Source: an uncultured Candidatus Saccharibacteria bacterium (GTDB lineage: Bacteria > Patescibacteriota > Minisyncoccia > Phycocordibacterales > UBA9973). From it: a stretch of 64,000 bases of DNA. The translations under genes and the position numbers were made by a program. The notes under the pieces were generated by a model. That model had not been told where the DNA came from, made no database searches, and saw nothing but the letters and a program-made list of their open reading frames with translations. Below, in pieces: positions 50,053 through 59,675 of this stretch. Location of the stretch: the NCBI GenBank assembly GCA_964361705.1, contig CAYIBP010000003.1, positions 5,606 through 69,605 on the forward strand. The letters run 5' to 3'. The stretch's first letter is position 1, and each line of letters starts with the position of its first letter.

Positions 50053-50709
50053 TTAATCTATATCTATCCTGCCGGAAGAATACACCTTTATCGTGGAGCC
50101 AAGAGCGTTTGGCGATACCACATCTATGGCTACATATTCTATCTTACACGAAGGGCCAAGTGAAGGAGTGGCTTTTATATTGGCAAGCGAACTCGGTCTT
50201 TTAAAAGTAATGGTTATATTGTTTGTCGTAGCCGGACATCCCGTGCCAGAAATTCTAAGAGAAGAAATAAAATTACCTTTTGTGATGTCTATTTTATCAA
50301 GACATTCTTGATTGCAAGTGGAATTACCTATAGTGGGACCAGTATAAGAACCGTTGTTATCAAGATCCACAAAATATACAAATCTTTTGTTGTTATTATT
50401 ATCGAGATTGAAACGCAAACCATAAGAAGGTTTCCATGTTGTCCCTGCGGCCAGGTTTAGCTTGCCAGACATCGAAGATCTCTGTGCTTCTACGATTTGG
50501 AGAGCAATATCATTTGCTAATACCTTGACATCTACCCTGCCCTGAAACCCTCTGTAATCAAAAAGCACCACAGAAGTCATAACAGAAAAAATACTGAGCA
50601 CTATTATGAGTTCGACATAGGTCATGCCTGCTTTGAGGTTTTTAAATTTCCCAAGATGACAGCAACCTTGCCATTTGTTTCTTGTGTTTTTTATAGATGA
50701 TGTTTCCAT
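50053..50709 (-). CDS. Minor pilin/pseudopilin (GspH/FimT-like)
   Basis: KAGMTYVELIIVLSIFSVMTSVVL prepilin signal with E+5. Confidence 0.7.
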   Translation of the reverse strand: METSSIKNTRNKWQGCCHLGKFKNLKAGMTYVELIIVLSIFSVMTSVVLFDYRGFQGRVDVKVLANDIALQIVEAQRSSMSGKLNLAAGTTWKPSYGLRFNLDNNNNKRFVYFVDLDNNGSYTGPTIGNSTCNQECLDKIDITKGNFISSLRISGTGCPATTNNITITFKRPSSLANIKATPSLGPSCKIEYVAIDVVSPNALGSTIKVYSSGRIDID

Positions 50710-50734
50710 ATACTGAAACTCTTTTCAATCAAAA

Positions 50735-51535
50735 TTAAAAGCCAGATGGCAAAGCACTAAATATTCCAGACTGAAGCATAAAAGCAATAAAAGCTCCAAG
50801 GGCTAAAAACGGCGCAAACGGTAACTCACTTTTTGCTTTGTATTTTTTAGAAAATAAAAGTAGTAAAATCCCAACGATCGCTCCTGACCAGAATGCCATA
50901 ACTGCGCCAGTGGCTATCTTTGCAAAGCCAATGACCCAACCTATACCGATGGCAAGCTTTGCATCTCCTAACCCCATCCATTCACCGCGTGACAGGAGCC
51001 AGAGTAAAGCAAAAGGCAACGCAAGCACAACTCCAGAAATAAACTCTGTGAGAGGCGGTATGTTCGGATCGAGGTGATATCCAGAAAAGAAAAACAGGCC
51101 CAAGAAAGCAAAAACCCCAAAGAACAAAACCAAGGAGTCGGGGATGATCTTGTGTCTTAAATCATACACCGCCATTACAAGAAGCAAAGAAAACATCGTC
51201 ACATAATATGCGTAAGATACAGAAAAATCCAAGGTACTCAAATAAAAAGTATCCTGAAACTTTAGAAACACTAAAGCAAACATGCCTCCAGTGACAAATT
51301 CAACTAAAGGATATTGCCAAGAAATTCGTGTCTTGCAATGTCTGCACCTCCCTTTCAAAAACAGAAAACTAAGCACGGGAATAAGCTCACGCCATCCGAG
51401 AATATGCCTGCAAGAAAGACAACCGCTCCGCCCGCCAAAAGTGCAATTAGTGTTGAACCTTAGTATCACCACATTCAAAAAGCTTCCAATAATCAATCCA
51501 AGGCCGAAAAAAATAATCGTGAGTAATAAAGTCAT
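50735..51535 (-). CDS. pilD: Prepilin peptidase (A24 family)
   Basis: N-terminal tetra-Cys (CLSCRH...CRHCKTRISWQYPLVE) and a polytopic membrane core; 266 aa. Confidence 0.8.
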   Translation of the reverse strand: MTLLLTIIFFGLGLIIGSFLNVVILRFNTNCTFGGRSGCLSCRHILGWRELIPVLSFLFLKGRCRHCKTRISWQYPLVEFVTGGMFALVFLKFQDTFYLSTLDFSVSYAYYVTMFSLLLVMAVYDLRHKIIPDSLVLFFGVFAFLGLFFFSGYHLDPNIPPLTEFISGVVLALPFALLWLLSRGEWMGLGDAKLAIGIGWVIGFAKIATGAVMAFWSGAIVGILLLLFSKKYKAKSELPFAPFLALGAFIAFMLQSGIFSALPSGF

Positions 51536-51592
51536 ATTTAATAACTTTATTATAACAAATATAGAGCTTGAAGACCAACAGATACGTCCCGC

Positions 51593-54500
51593 CTACTGGT
51601 TAGTATTTACAGCATTTTTCAGCACCTCTTTGAATTTCAAGCCTTTTACATCCAAACTAGCATTTGCATCTACGGTAAACAATTTGCTTTTAGAAAACTT
51701 TGACATCACTGTATTGGAATCGGTAACATCGTTGCCCACTTGCCTATCTACATCCATCACCACATCTTCTGTCGGATCTATTTTCAAAGTATAGGCTAAA
51801 CCATCCGGCACGGAAATGAATTTCGTACTACCTATCTCTGTGTATCTGGTCTGTGGTATCTCTTGCTTCACTTTTCCGGTCGTAAAGTCTACACCAGTAT
51901 ATCTGCCTTTTGCATCCACTATACCCACCCTACCCTCAGTAAAGAGATGATAATGTATGCGTGGAGCAAATACGGTCGTAGGATAATGTTTGACCACCAC
52001 ATCTTCTGAATCAGAAAACGGAACACCTGTGATTTTTGATTTTATAAAATCACGCAGGTTAGAAACCTCCATTATGTCTTTGTGATTTCTCTCTACAGCA
52101 AACCAAGTATCATACTTGATCAGATCAACCCACCATTTTTCCACATTTAGATTTGAGTCTGACATCCACAACGCAGAGGAAGTAACTACAGTATTGTCCC
52201 CTTCGGAAATATATTTTGGTTTGTAAGTTACATCTTCTTGCCCGCTTTTTACAAATGTTTTGTACTCTATACCTGACACAGTCTCTTTACCCCAGCCCGC
52301 CAACTGCACGACTTTTGTACTTGATGAAGGTTGCCAAGAATCCAATACATTATGTACGGACTCCGCCTTTGGAAAAAGTATCGAATTGCCTTTTGCGGGC
52401 TTTTTCACTTCATCAAATAGAGGCTCTGCCCTGCCGTCGCCACCGAGCACATAATCTTTTAATTCTGAAAAATTATTCACTTGCAAACCATATTTTGAAA
52501 TCTGTGGATTAAACAATGCATGATTCTGAAAAGTCACGATCTGATCCGGAGCTATCACTGGATCATTAATGCTAAAATAACTCACCGAAGGCAAGAGATT
52601 GTAAGCTGTGGGCATATTTTTTGCCAGCCATCTATTTCTCTTTGCCGTCATCACGAAACCCACTGGACCCATAGACTCTCCATGCAACATATTGATCAGA
52701 GCTTGCGGAGTACCTATCTGAGGTACACCCACAAAGATTACCTGATCAATCTTGTCATATAGAGGATCGTTTGTTTCCTTTAGCTTTTGTATCAAAGCTT
52801 TGATAACCAAGCCGCCATTTGAATGACCTATGAGAGTGACCCTGCCAGTCCTAGATGTAGCCTGCAACTCTTTTAATTTTTTCAAAATAAAGGACTCGGA
52901 GAAGGTTTGATTATTGTTATAAAAAAGTTTTCCATTCACATTCAAGTCACCTTTTACGACAATATCCTCCAATGCCACGCGCCAGTCGTAAGGTATAAAA
53001 TGATAATCATTGATTGTGCCTTCTTTTTTCCAATCCTTCAAATCAAAAAGAAATGAATTGTAAATATTAAAACCCGAAATCTCATCCACGATACCTGTTT
53101 CCCTTTCATATCCATCGCTGATTTTCTGCGTATCATTCTTTGTGTAAACATTTGAATTTTTGCCATTTGTATTCAAAGTTAGCTTGGATTGCAAAGCGTC
53201 ATCAGCCGAAACCCATAGTTCTTTTTCACCATTAGATTCTTGCAAATACAACCGAGAACCCATTATTCCCGGGAAAAACATCACATTTGAAAAACAATTT
53301 ATTTTGCATATTTCCTTAGTAAGCCAAGGAGTAAAATTTACATTATCAGAAACCTTGTCACCTTTACCATTTGGATTCTTGGTCAGATGATAAGGTCCAG
53401 ATGAATCTCCCCAATAGTTATCTTTGGCATTTACCAGTACTTTTGAATAAACACCAGTTTGATGACCAAATATATCACTATTCGTTATATTCAGAGACCC
53501 ACGCTCTACATAAATACCATAAGATTGATTATTTTTTATCTGTGAAGAACTAATATTTAAAGAACCATAGTACTGTCTAATACCATACATTTCATTATCT
53601 TCGATAGAACTATTAACGAGAGACACATTGCCACCACTGTTATATATAACACCATTATTTGATCCACTATAGGAGTAATACCAACGACCTCCGTACTTCA
53701 TAGCAACATGAGAAAGCTGACTTACACTTTTATCTCCAAAAAATAAATGATTCCAGTCACCTGCGCTAGGAGCGATATCACTTTGATCATTATTTGTATC
53801 GCCACCTACAGTATCATCATTAATAGATGTAAAATATACTTTCTGCTCATTGGTACCATTAATTATCAGGTTACCTTTAACACTCACACTCATGTTTCTT
53901 TTAAACTTTACAATAACTCCAGGATCAATATTCAGAGTTACACCCAAAGGAACAGAAAAAACATAATCGGATGAATTGTAATTCGTTGTACCAGAACCAT
54001 TAATAATATAGGGCATATTATCCTTGGTCCATGTTTGATTTTGAGATAATTTACCAGATATATAAATACCATCCGACTTAGTGGAAGTGTTACCGGAATG
54101 TAAGAAATTACGAACACCATTTAAGTTTATATATATTCCTCCATCAAAAACATTATTTGTTAGTGTAATTAAATCTTCAATTTTATTCTGTCCACCTCCA
54201 CCGTAAAAACCCCAATAATCTCGAAGAACTGTTCCTGAAATATTCGTGGTGCCAGCATAGGTCTTCACCCCATAAAGCACATTATTCTCAACCAAACTGT
54301 CTGTCACAGAAATATTACCACCGTGATTAGAAATAGATCCAACAGTCTCAGCATAATAGCTATAGTAATAACTACCTCCATATCTGATAACAGTATTATT
54401 AAATACACCCGTACTCCCTTGATGAAAAAGAATATTTGCCCAATCTCCTACTTGTGGTGCGGTATCCAAACCGTCATTGTTTGTGTCACCACCTATAGTA

Positions 54501-54850
54501 TCATCATTATAAGAAGTAAAATATACCTTCTGTTCTGAAGTGCCATTTACTCTTAAATTACCATTTATGGAAATACCATATTTACCAAAAATCTTAACAA
54601 TTACACCGGGCTCAATCGTCAAAGTCACGCCAGACGAGACAAGCGGAACATGAGTAAAACCTCGCAATATATCATAGCTATAAATAACATAAGGGCTGTT
54701 TTCTAGCGTCCATGTCGTATCAGTATCGATTGGCGCAGAGATAGTTGTGCTGGCATCTGCATAATTTATATTCCAGAGAAAAAGAAAACTGAAAAATAAA
54801 ACCATCAACGCAAGTTTAATCTCGTTTTTTAAAAAAGTCATAATAGTCAA
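51593..54850 (-). CDS. Large secreted protein: two tandem right-handed beta-helix modules followed by a C-terminal lipase-like alpha/beta-hydrolase domain
   Basis: 1085 aa with a signal peptide. An approximately 270-aa unit is duplicated (TW..N.PY.I...GVTL.I.PGVIVK...NGT.EQKVYFTS.NDDT.GGDTNND...GDW). Pectate-lyase-like repeats follow (NVSLVNSSIEDNEMYGI, NISSSQIKNNQSYGIYVERGSLNITNSDI). The C-terminus has FPGIMGSRLY and the lipase nucleophile elbow VTLIGHSNGGLV. Confidence 0.7.
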   Translation of the reverse strand: MTIMTFLKNEIKLALMVLFFSFLFLWNINYADASTTISAPIDTDTTWTLENSPYVIYSYDILRGFTHVPLVSSGVTLTIEPGVIVKIFGKYGISINGNLRVNGTSEQKVYFTSYNDDTIGGDTNNDGLDTAPQVGDWANILFHQGSTGVFNNTVIRYGGSYYYSYYAETVGSISNHGGNISVTDSLVENNVLYGVKTYAGTTNISGTVLRDYWGFYGGGGQNKIEDLITLTNNVFDGGIYINLNGVRNFLHSGNTSTKSDGIYISGKLSQNQTWTKDNMPYIINGSGTTNYNSSDYVFSVPLGVTLNIDPGVIVKFKRNMSVSVKGNLIINGTNEQKVYFTSINDDTVGGDTNNDQSDIAPSAGDWNHLFFGDKSVSQLSHVAMKYGGRWYYSYSGSNNGVIYNSGGNVSLVNSSIEDNEMYGIRQYYGSLNISSSQIKNNQSYGIYVERGSLNITNSDIFGHQTGVYSKVLVNAKDNYWGDSSGPYHLTKNPNGKGDKVSDNVNFTPWLTKEICKINCFSNVMFFPGIMGSRLYLQESNGEKELWVSADDALQSKLTLNTNGKNSNVYTKNDTQKISDGYERETGIVDEISGFNIYNSFLFDLKDWKKEGTINDYHFIPYDWRVALEDIVVKGDLNVNGKLFYNNNQTFSESFILKKLKELQATSRTGRVTLIGHSNGGLVIKALIQKLKETNDPLYDKIDQVIFVGVPQIGTPQALINMLHGESMGPVGFVMTAKRNRWLAKNMPTAYNLLPSVSYFSINDPVIAPDQIVTFQNHALFNPQISKYGLQVNNFSELKDYVLGGDGRAEPLFDEVKKPAKGNSILFPKAESVHNVLDSWQPSSSTKVVQLAGWGKETVSGIEYKTFVKSGQEDVTYKPKYISEGDNTVVTSSALWMSDSNLNVEKWWVDLIKYDTWFAVERNHKDIMEVSNLRDFIKSKITGVPFSDSEDVVVKHYPTTVFAPRIHYHLFTEGRVGIVDAKGRYTGVDFTTGKVKQEIPQTRYTEIGSTKFISVPDGLAYTLKIDPTEDVVMDVDRQVGNDVTDSNTVMSKFSKSKLFTVDANASLDVKGLKFKEVLKNAVNTNQ

Positions 54851-54895
54851 TATTATACAATAATTAGAGAAAAGTCAAATTTTATATTTGGTCTT

Positions 54896-55378
54896 CTATA
54901 ACGAGTTCACAGCAAGACTACAATCCATTCCAGAAACCAGACTTGCAAAAGCTATCTTTTTCGAATTTCCGTGATTATCAACACACCAAGCATTTGAAGA
55001 ATCGGACTTTAATGGTATTGCTAAAACATAATTATTACCATTTGCTTGACATTTTGCATCCAATCCGCCATTTGCGTCTATCGCAGCCTCAATTTGTTCT
55101 TGAACAGTAGCATCATTAAAGACATTTGTTGCTGGGGTAACAGCTATTATAGTTCCACAATTAGTTATAAAAGACCGATTACCATAACTGCCCGATAAAT
55201 TACCATAAATAATTTCTGCTTGTGTTTTTAAATTCGCTAAATTAGATTGAATACTGGCATCACTTCCACTTTTCTTTGCGCTATTTAGCGACCCTAAAAC
55301 CACAGACGCCAATATACCAATAATGGCGACAACTACCAAGAGTTCAATCAATGTAAAACCTTTCTTTAGATTCTTCAT
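54896..55378 (-). CDS. Type IV major pilin paralog
   Basis: True start MKNLKKGFTLIELLVVVAIIGILASVVLGSL at 55378; the 53-aa N-terminal extension in the ORF track is probably spurious. Confidence 0.75.
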   Translation of the reverse strand: MKNLKKGFTLIELLVVVAIIGILASVVLGSLNSAKKSGSDASIQSNLANLKTQAEIIYGNLSGSYGNRSFITNCGTIIAVTPATNVFNDATVQEQIEAAIDANGGLDAKCQANGNNYVLAIPLKSDSSNAWCVDNHGNSKKIAFASLVSGMDCSLAVNSL

Positions 55379-55496
55379 AAAAATTTTAAGTAAAAAATAC
55401 TTTCTAATTAATGAAGAAATTATACCAAATACAAAAAACAAAAACCACCCTATAGAGATGGTTTTTGTAAGAAACACTGTAAACAAAGAGTAGTAA

Positions 55497-55976
55497 CTAT
55501 GAAGCTGGACAAGCAGCTGATGAGCCAGCAAGAACACTTACTCTACCTGCAGAAGTCCCAAGACTATCCACGCACCAATATAAATTACCATTATCTGCGG
55601 CTTTTAGAGGAACTGATATAGCCCAAGCTGATGATGTTGCATGACAGTTTGAAGTTGTTGCTGTTTGTGCCGTTGCGTACGTAAGAACTATACCACCACT
55701 AACACCACTAGCCGAATGCGCTGCTGTAAGAGCTTTTGAAATCGTTCCATCCTGTACACCATTACAAACAGTATCATAACTATTTGGATTTGCTCCATCA
55801 TAGACTATCTCTGCTTGAGCGCGAATATTTGCAAGATTTGCCTTTATCGCGGCATTATTACCTTTACTTCTCGCTGTATTCAAAGACCCCAAGACTACAG
55901 ACGCCAAGATACCGATGATGGCGACGACGACCAAGAGTTCAATTAATGTAAAACCTTTTTTAAGATTATTCTTCAT
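55497..55976 (-). CDS. Type IV major pilin paralog
   Basis: MKNNLKKGFTLIELLVVVAIIGILASVVLGSLN has an N-terminus nearly identical to the neighbouring pilin; 159 aa. Confidence 0.8.
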   Translation of the reverse strand: MKNNLKKGFTLIELLVVVAIIGILASVVLGSLNTARSKGNNAAIKANLANIRAQAEIVYDGANPNSYDTVCNGVQDGTISKALTAAHSASGVSGGIVLTYATAQTATTSNCHATSSAWAISVPLKAADNGNLYWCVDSLGTSAGRVSVLAGSSAACPAS

Positions 55977-56145
55977 AATTTATTTTATAAAAGTTAATAA
56001 ATACTTTAACGAAATTTCGACTCGTTTTAATATATGTATTATAACTTCTATTATGAAGAGGTTGCAACAAGGTTATCCACACCAAAATTTTGGCGTTTAA
56101 AAAAATATGAGAAAAATTATGTTAAGAAAAAGTTTTTATGCGATA

Positions 56146-57243
56146 TTATTCACCCACAAAGGTAAAATGAGCTCCCTCGGGCGACCATTTGCCGGCCGCG
56201 TCCGCATTGTCCCAAAGTCTTATTACCCATTCATACTCAACGCCAGATTTCAAAGCAGGACCACTATATTCTACTGGTATTATCAATCTTTGTCCGCTAA
56301 AGGTCTCCATGATAGGATAGCCCGGTACTTCTTTTACACCAGAGTCCCATTGGCTTTTATCTCCACCCTTGATTATCAAACGATACTTTTTGACCATATC
56401 TCCTGTATCAGGATCGTTGAAAATTACAGAGAATTCAGGAGTTGGATCAGTCACTTCTTTTGGATTTATTTTATCTTCCACTAGAGGCTCTGTAGGAAAA
56501 GTCGGGGCGTTATTATTCACATTATCAAGGACAGCAGAGACAGTTTTTGAACTCATATTGCCGGCGTTGTCCTTTGCTTCAATATGCAAATAGAAAACTC
56601 CATTACCTTCCGATACGGTCGTATAGCAATATTTTCTGCTAAAAGCCCCCGTTGGCTTACCTATCGGATTTTGATCAACGATAAATCTATAAGTAGAATC
56701 ATCATCTGGGGAAGCACACCAATTCCAATATTTTGTCTTCTTGGCTACTGTATCGTCCACTAAGTCTGGATCACTTAAATCTGGCGGAGTCGTATCTGCC
56801 ACCGAATTTACTAATAAACCGTTCACAAGAGTAAAGGCAAAACTGCTGTGTGTTTGCTTGCAATCATTTCCTCCATAAGCTTTAAAGACCACAGCGTAAG
56901 TGCCGTTGGCTCCTGGAGCTTTCATCTGAAAAGATTCAGTGCCGGTGGTGCCTGCCTTGTGGTTTGCGGTGTCTACACACACCCAAGGAGCTTTACCTAT
57001 TTTATACATAGTAGAAGCCCAGTTACCAAGGTTCTTTGACTCTACGGTAACGCTCGCATTCACCATTTCACTCTTCTTTACAGATGCGCTGCTGACACCA
57101 TTAAGTGTAGCACTTATAATATCTCTCGCTGCAGAAACTTGCGAAAAAGGCACAAAAAAAGCGCTAACTAGGAGCGCGATCATGGCAACATTACCAAGTA
57201 CATATTTAATGAAAACCCTATAATATAAAAATCGTTTTTTCAT
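56146..57243 (-). CDS. Secreted Ig/FN3-like repeat protein in the pilus locus
   Basis: 365 aa; signal peptide; beta-rich, Thr/Asp/Pro-rich repeats; no enzymatic motif. Confidence 0.5.
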   Translation of the reverse strand: MKKRFLYYRVFIKYVLGNVAMIALLVSAFFVPFSQVSAARDIISATLNGVSSASVKKSEMVNASVTVESKNLGNWASTMYKIGKAPWVCVDTANHKAGTTGTESFQMKAPGANGTYAVVFKAYGGNDCKQTHSSFAFTLVNGLLVNSVADTTPPDLSDPDLVDDTVAKKTKYWNWCASPDDDSTYRFIVDQNPIGKPTGAFSRKYCYTTVSEGNGVFYLHIEAKDNAGNMSSKTVSAVLDNVNNNAPTFPTEPLVEDKINPKEVTDPTPEFSVIFNDPDTGDMVKKYRLIIKGGDKSQWDSGVKEVPGYPIMETFSGQRLIIPVEYSGPALKSGVEYEWVIRLWDNADAAGKWSPEGAHFTFVGE

Positions 57244-57330
57244 AGGCTTTATTAATTTGTTAAAACCCTATTAATGCCATTATTAGACTCTATAAGACTA
57301 ATACTGTCAAAGATTGACTGTGGATAACTT

Positions 57331-58539
57331 TTATTGTATTCCGCCTGTCAAATTATATATAGGAATGAGTACAGACACCAAAAGTACACCGACTCCCAGA
57401 CCTAAGACCACTATCATGACCGGCTCTATGAGTCCAACCAGAGTATCTATGGCATCATCAACTTCTCTTTTATAGAAATCAGTAAGGGTTTTCAATATTT
57501 GACCAAGCGAACCTGTCTCCTCACCTATCTTTATCATTTGAGTCATTATGCTAGGAACATAATCCTTGTGTCTTTCAAACGTTGCAGAAAAAGCAAGGCC
57601 GGACTTCACGCCGTCTTGAACATCTTGCATTATTTTTTTGTATATCTGACTGTCCACTACCTCGGATGTGATCTCTATAGCTCGGACAATAGGCACACCA
57701 GAAGTTAACATTGTATCCATATTGTCGGCTATGCGAGAAAGGTAGAATTTTTTGTAAAGATTCCCGACTGCAGGCGTAGAAAGACGCATCTTGTCCAGAT
57801 ATATCCTACCCTTTTCAGTAACAGAAAGTCTCCAAAGCCATATGCCCAAAAGTATAAAGAAAATAATTACTAGGAAACCATAATCAACAAAAAAATTCGA
57901 AAGAGCAATGACAAATTTGGTGTACAAAGGCGGTTCTTGTCCTGAATCAAGTATTATAGCTGAAAGCTTTGGTATCACCACCACAAACATCAGAGCCATC
58001 ACCACAAAAAAAGTGAAAATAACAAAGACGGGATAAATCAAAGCATTCTTGGTCTTTGAAGTCAGAGCATATTGGCGATTTAAATAATTTGCCAGATGAT
58101 CAAAAGTTTCATTGAGTTTACCTGTTTCTTCTCCGACACGAACCATATTCACATAAAAATTTGAAAAGATATCAGAATGTTTTGCTAAAGCACCAGAAAT
58201 AGAAAATCCGGCTTGCAGATCATCTGCTATCTCTGTCAATTTCTTGCTTAAAGTTTTATTTTCAGTGTTCGTGGCAAGTATGGTAAAAGCCTTTAAAGCA
58301 GAAACCTGCGCTTCAAAGAGAGTTGATATCTGACGAGAAAGAATCACTACTTCTTTTGGAGAAACTCTCTTCTCAAGAGAAAACGATAGAAAAGATTTTC
58401 TCTTTCCTTCCTCAACAATAGAAACGATTATCAAACCGCGCCTCTGCAAACCATTGATGGCCATATCGCGACTCTGCGCGTCTATCTCGCCTTCTTTGTT
58501 TAGTCCCCTTTCATCTACCGCTTTGTATTTAAATAGCAT
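57331..58539 (-). CDS. pilC: Type IV pilus / T2SS platform protein (GspF/PilC family)
   Basis: 402 aa with two T2SS_F repeats and 3 TM segments. Confidence 0.85.
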   Translation of the reverse strand: MLFKYKAVDERGLNKEGEIDAQSRDMAINGLQRRGLIIVSIVEEGKRKSFLSFSLEKRVSPKEVVILSRQISTLFEAQVSALKAFTILATNTENKTLSKKLTEIADDLQAGFSISGALAKHSDIFSNFYVNMVRVGEETGKLNETFDHLANYLNRQYALTSKTKNALIYPVFVIFTFFVVMALMFVVVIPKLSAIILDSGQEPPLYTKFVIALSNFFVDYGFLVIIFFILLGIWLWRLSVTEKGRIYLDKMRLSTPAVGNLYKKFYLSRIADNMDTMLTSGVPIVRAIEITSEVVDSQIYKKIMQDVQDGVKSGLAFSATFERHKDYVPSIMTQMIKIGEETGSLGQILKTLTDFYKREVDDAIDTLVGLIEPVMIVVLGLGVGVLLVSVLIPIYNLTGGIQ

Positions 58540-58545
58540 GGAAAA

Positions 58546-59604
58546 TTAAATCATTCGCTCAAGACCTTTAGGATTAAATGAATACAAATAAGCATTCTCT
58601 ATTGTTATTTCTCCGGCACGTACAAGCTCGATCAAAGAGTGGTTCAAATCTATCATGCCGGATTCTGAACCAGTCTCTATAACTACATTGATCTCTTGTG
58701 TTCTTTTTTCGCGAATCAAGTTTGCAACAGCGTTGTTGTTCAAAAGCAACTCGCAAGCAGGCACGAGGCCTCCAGCGATTCTGGGAATAAGTCTTTGTGA
58801 TAATATTCCGAGTAAACTTCCCGCGAGCTGTATGCGTATTTGGTCTTGTTGTTCTCCCGGGAATGAATCAATGATGCGGTCTATAGTTTGCGCGGCATTG
58901 TTGGTATGCAGAGTAGAAAGCACGAGGTGTCCTGTCTCTGCCGCAGTCACAGCAGTAGAAATGGTTTCGGTATTTCTCATCTCGCCTACCATTATTATAT
59001 TCACATCTTCGCGAAAGACGGATTTGAGCGCGGTGTGAAAATCTTTGGTATCAATGCCGACTTCACGCTGATTGATGATGGATTTATTTGGAGTAAACAT
59101 ATATTCGATAGGATCTTCGATGGTCACTATATGGCGAGCTTGTTCACTATTGATCAGGTTTACCATAGCCGAAAGCGTGGTGGATTTGCCTTGACCTACC
59201 GGCCCCACTACCAAAAAGAAACCTTGTTTCTTACGAGCAATATCTGCAAGGACAGCAGGCAAATGTAGATCAGTCAAAGTCTTTACTTTTGGCACCAAGC
59301 GAAATGCCACGCTGATCAGATTTTTCTGAAAAAAAGCATTACCCCTTAAACGCATTTCCCCACGAAAGTCGTAGGAAAAATCAACTTCTTTATCTTTAAA
59401 AAATTTTTCAAGTTTTTTCTCATCTAAAACCTCACTCAAAATACCAACCACATCTTCTTTGGACATTTCGGGATGTTTAGCAAGAAAAATAAGCTCGCCC
59501 GCTACGCGTATAGCCGGTACTTTCAAAGCACCTATGTGCAAATCCGAAGCGCCTTCGCGCATGAGCGTCAAAATAAGTTCTTCAAATTCTTTTTTATAAT
59601 CCAT
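58546..59604 (-). CDS. pilT: PilT-like retraction ATPase
   Basis: 352 aa; Walker A GPVGQGKSTT; PilT-size AAA+ secretion ATPase without the N-terminal GSPII_E_N domain. Confidence 0.75.
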   Translation of the reverse strand: MDYKKEFEELILTLMREGASDLHIGALKVPAIRVAGELIFLAKHPEMSKEDVVGILSEVLDEKKLEKFFKDKEVDFSYDFRGEMRLRGNAFFQKNLISVAFRLVPKVKTLTDLHLPAVLADIARKKQGFFLVVGPVGQGKSTTLSAMVNLINSEQARHIVTIEDPIEYMFTPNKSIINQREVGIDTKDFHTALKSVFREDVNIIMVGEMRNTETISTAVTAAETGHLVLSTLHTNNAAQTIDRIIDSFPGEQQDQIRIQLAGSLLGILSQRLIPRIAGGLVPACELLLNNNAVANLIREKRTQEINVVIETGSESGMIDLNHSLIELVRAGEITIENAYLYSFNPKGLERMI

Positions 59605-59675
59605 ATTACAAGTATATTACAAAAGAACGACAAGAAAAAGAGGGCACTCTGAAATTTGTGGACAACCGCGTGAAG

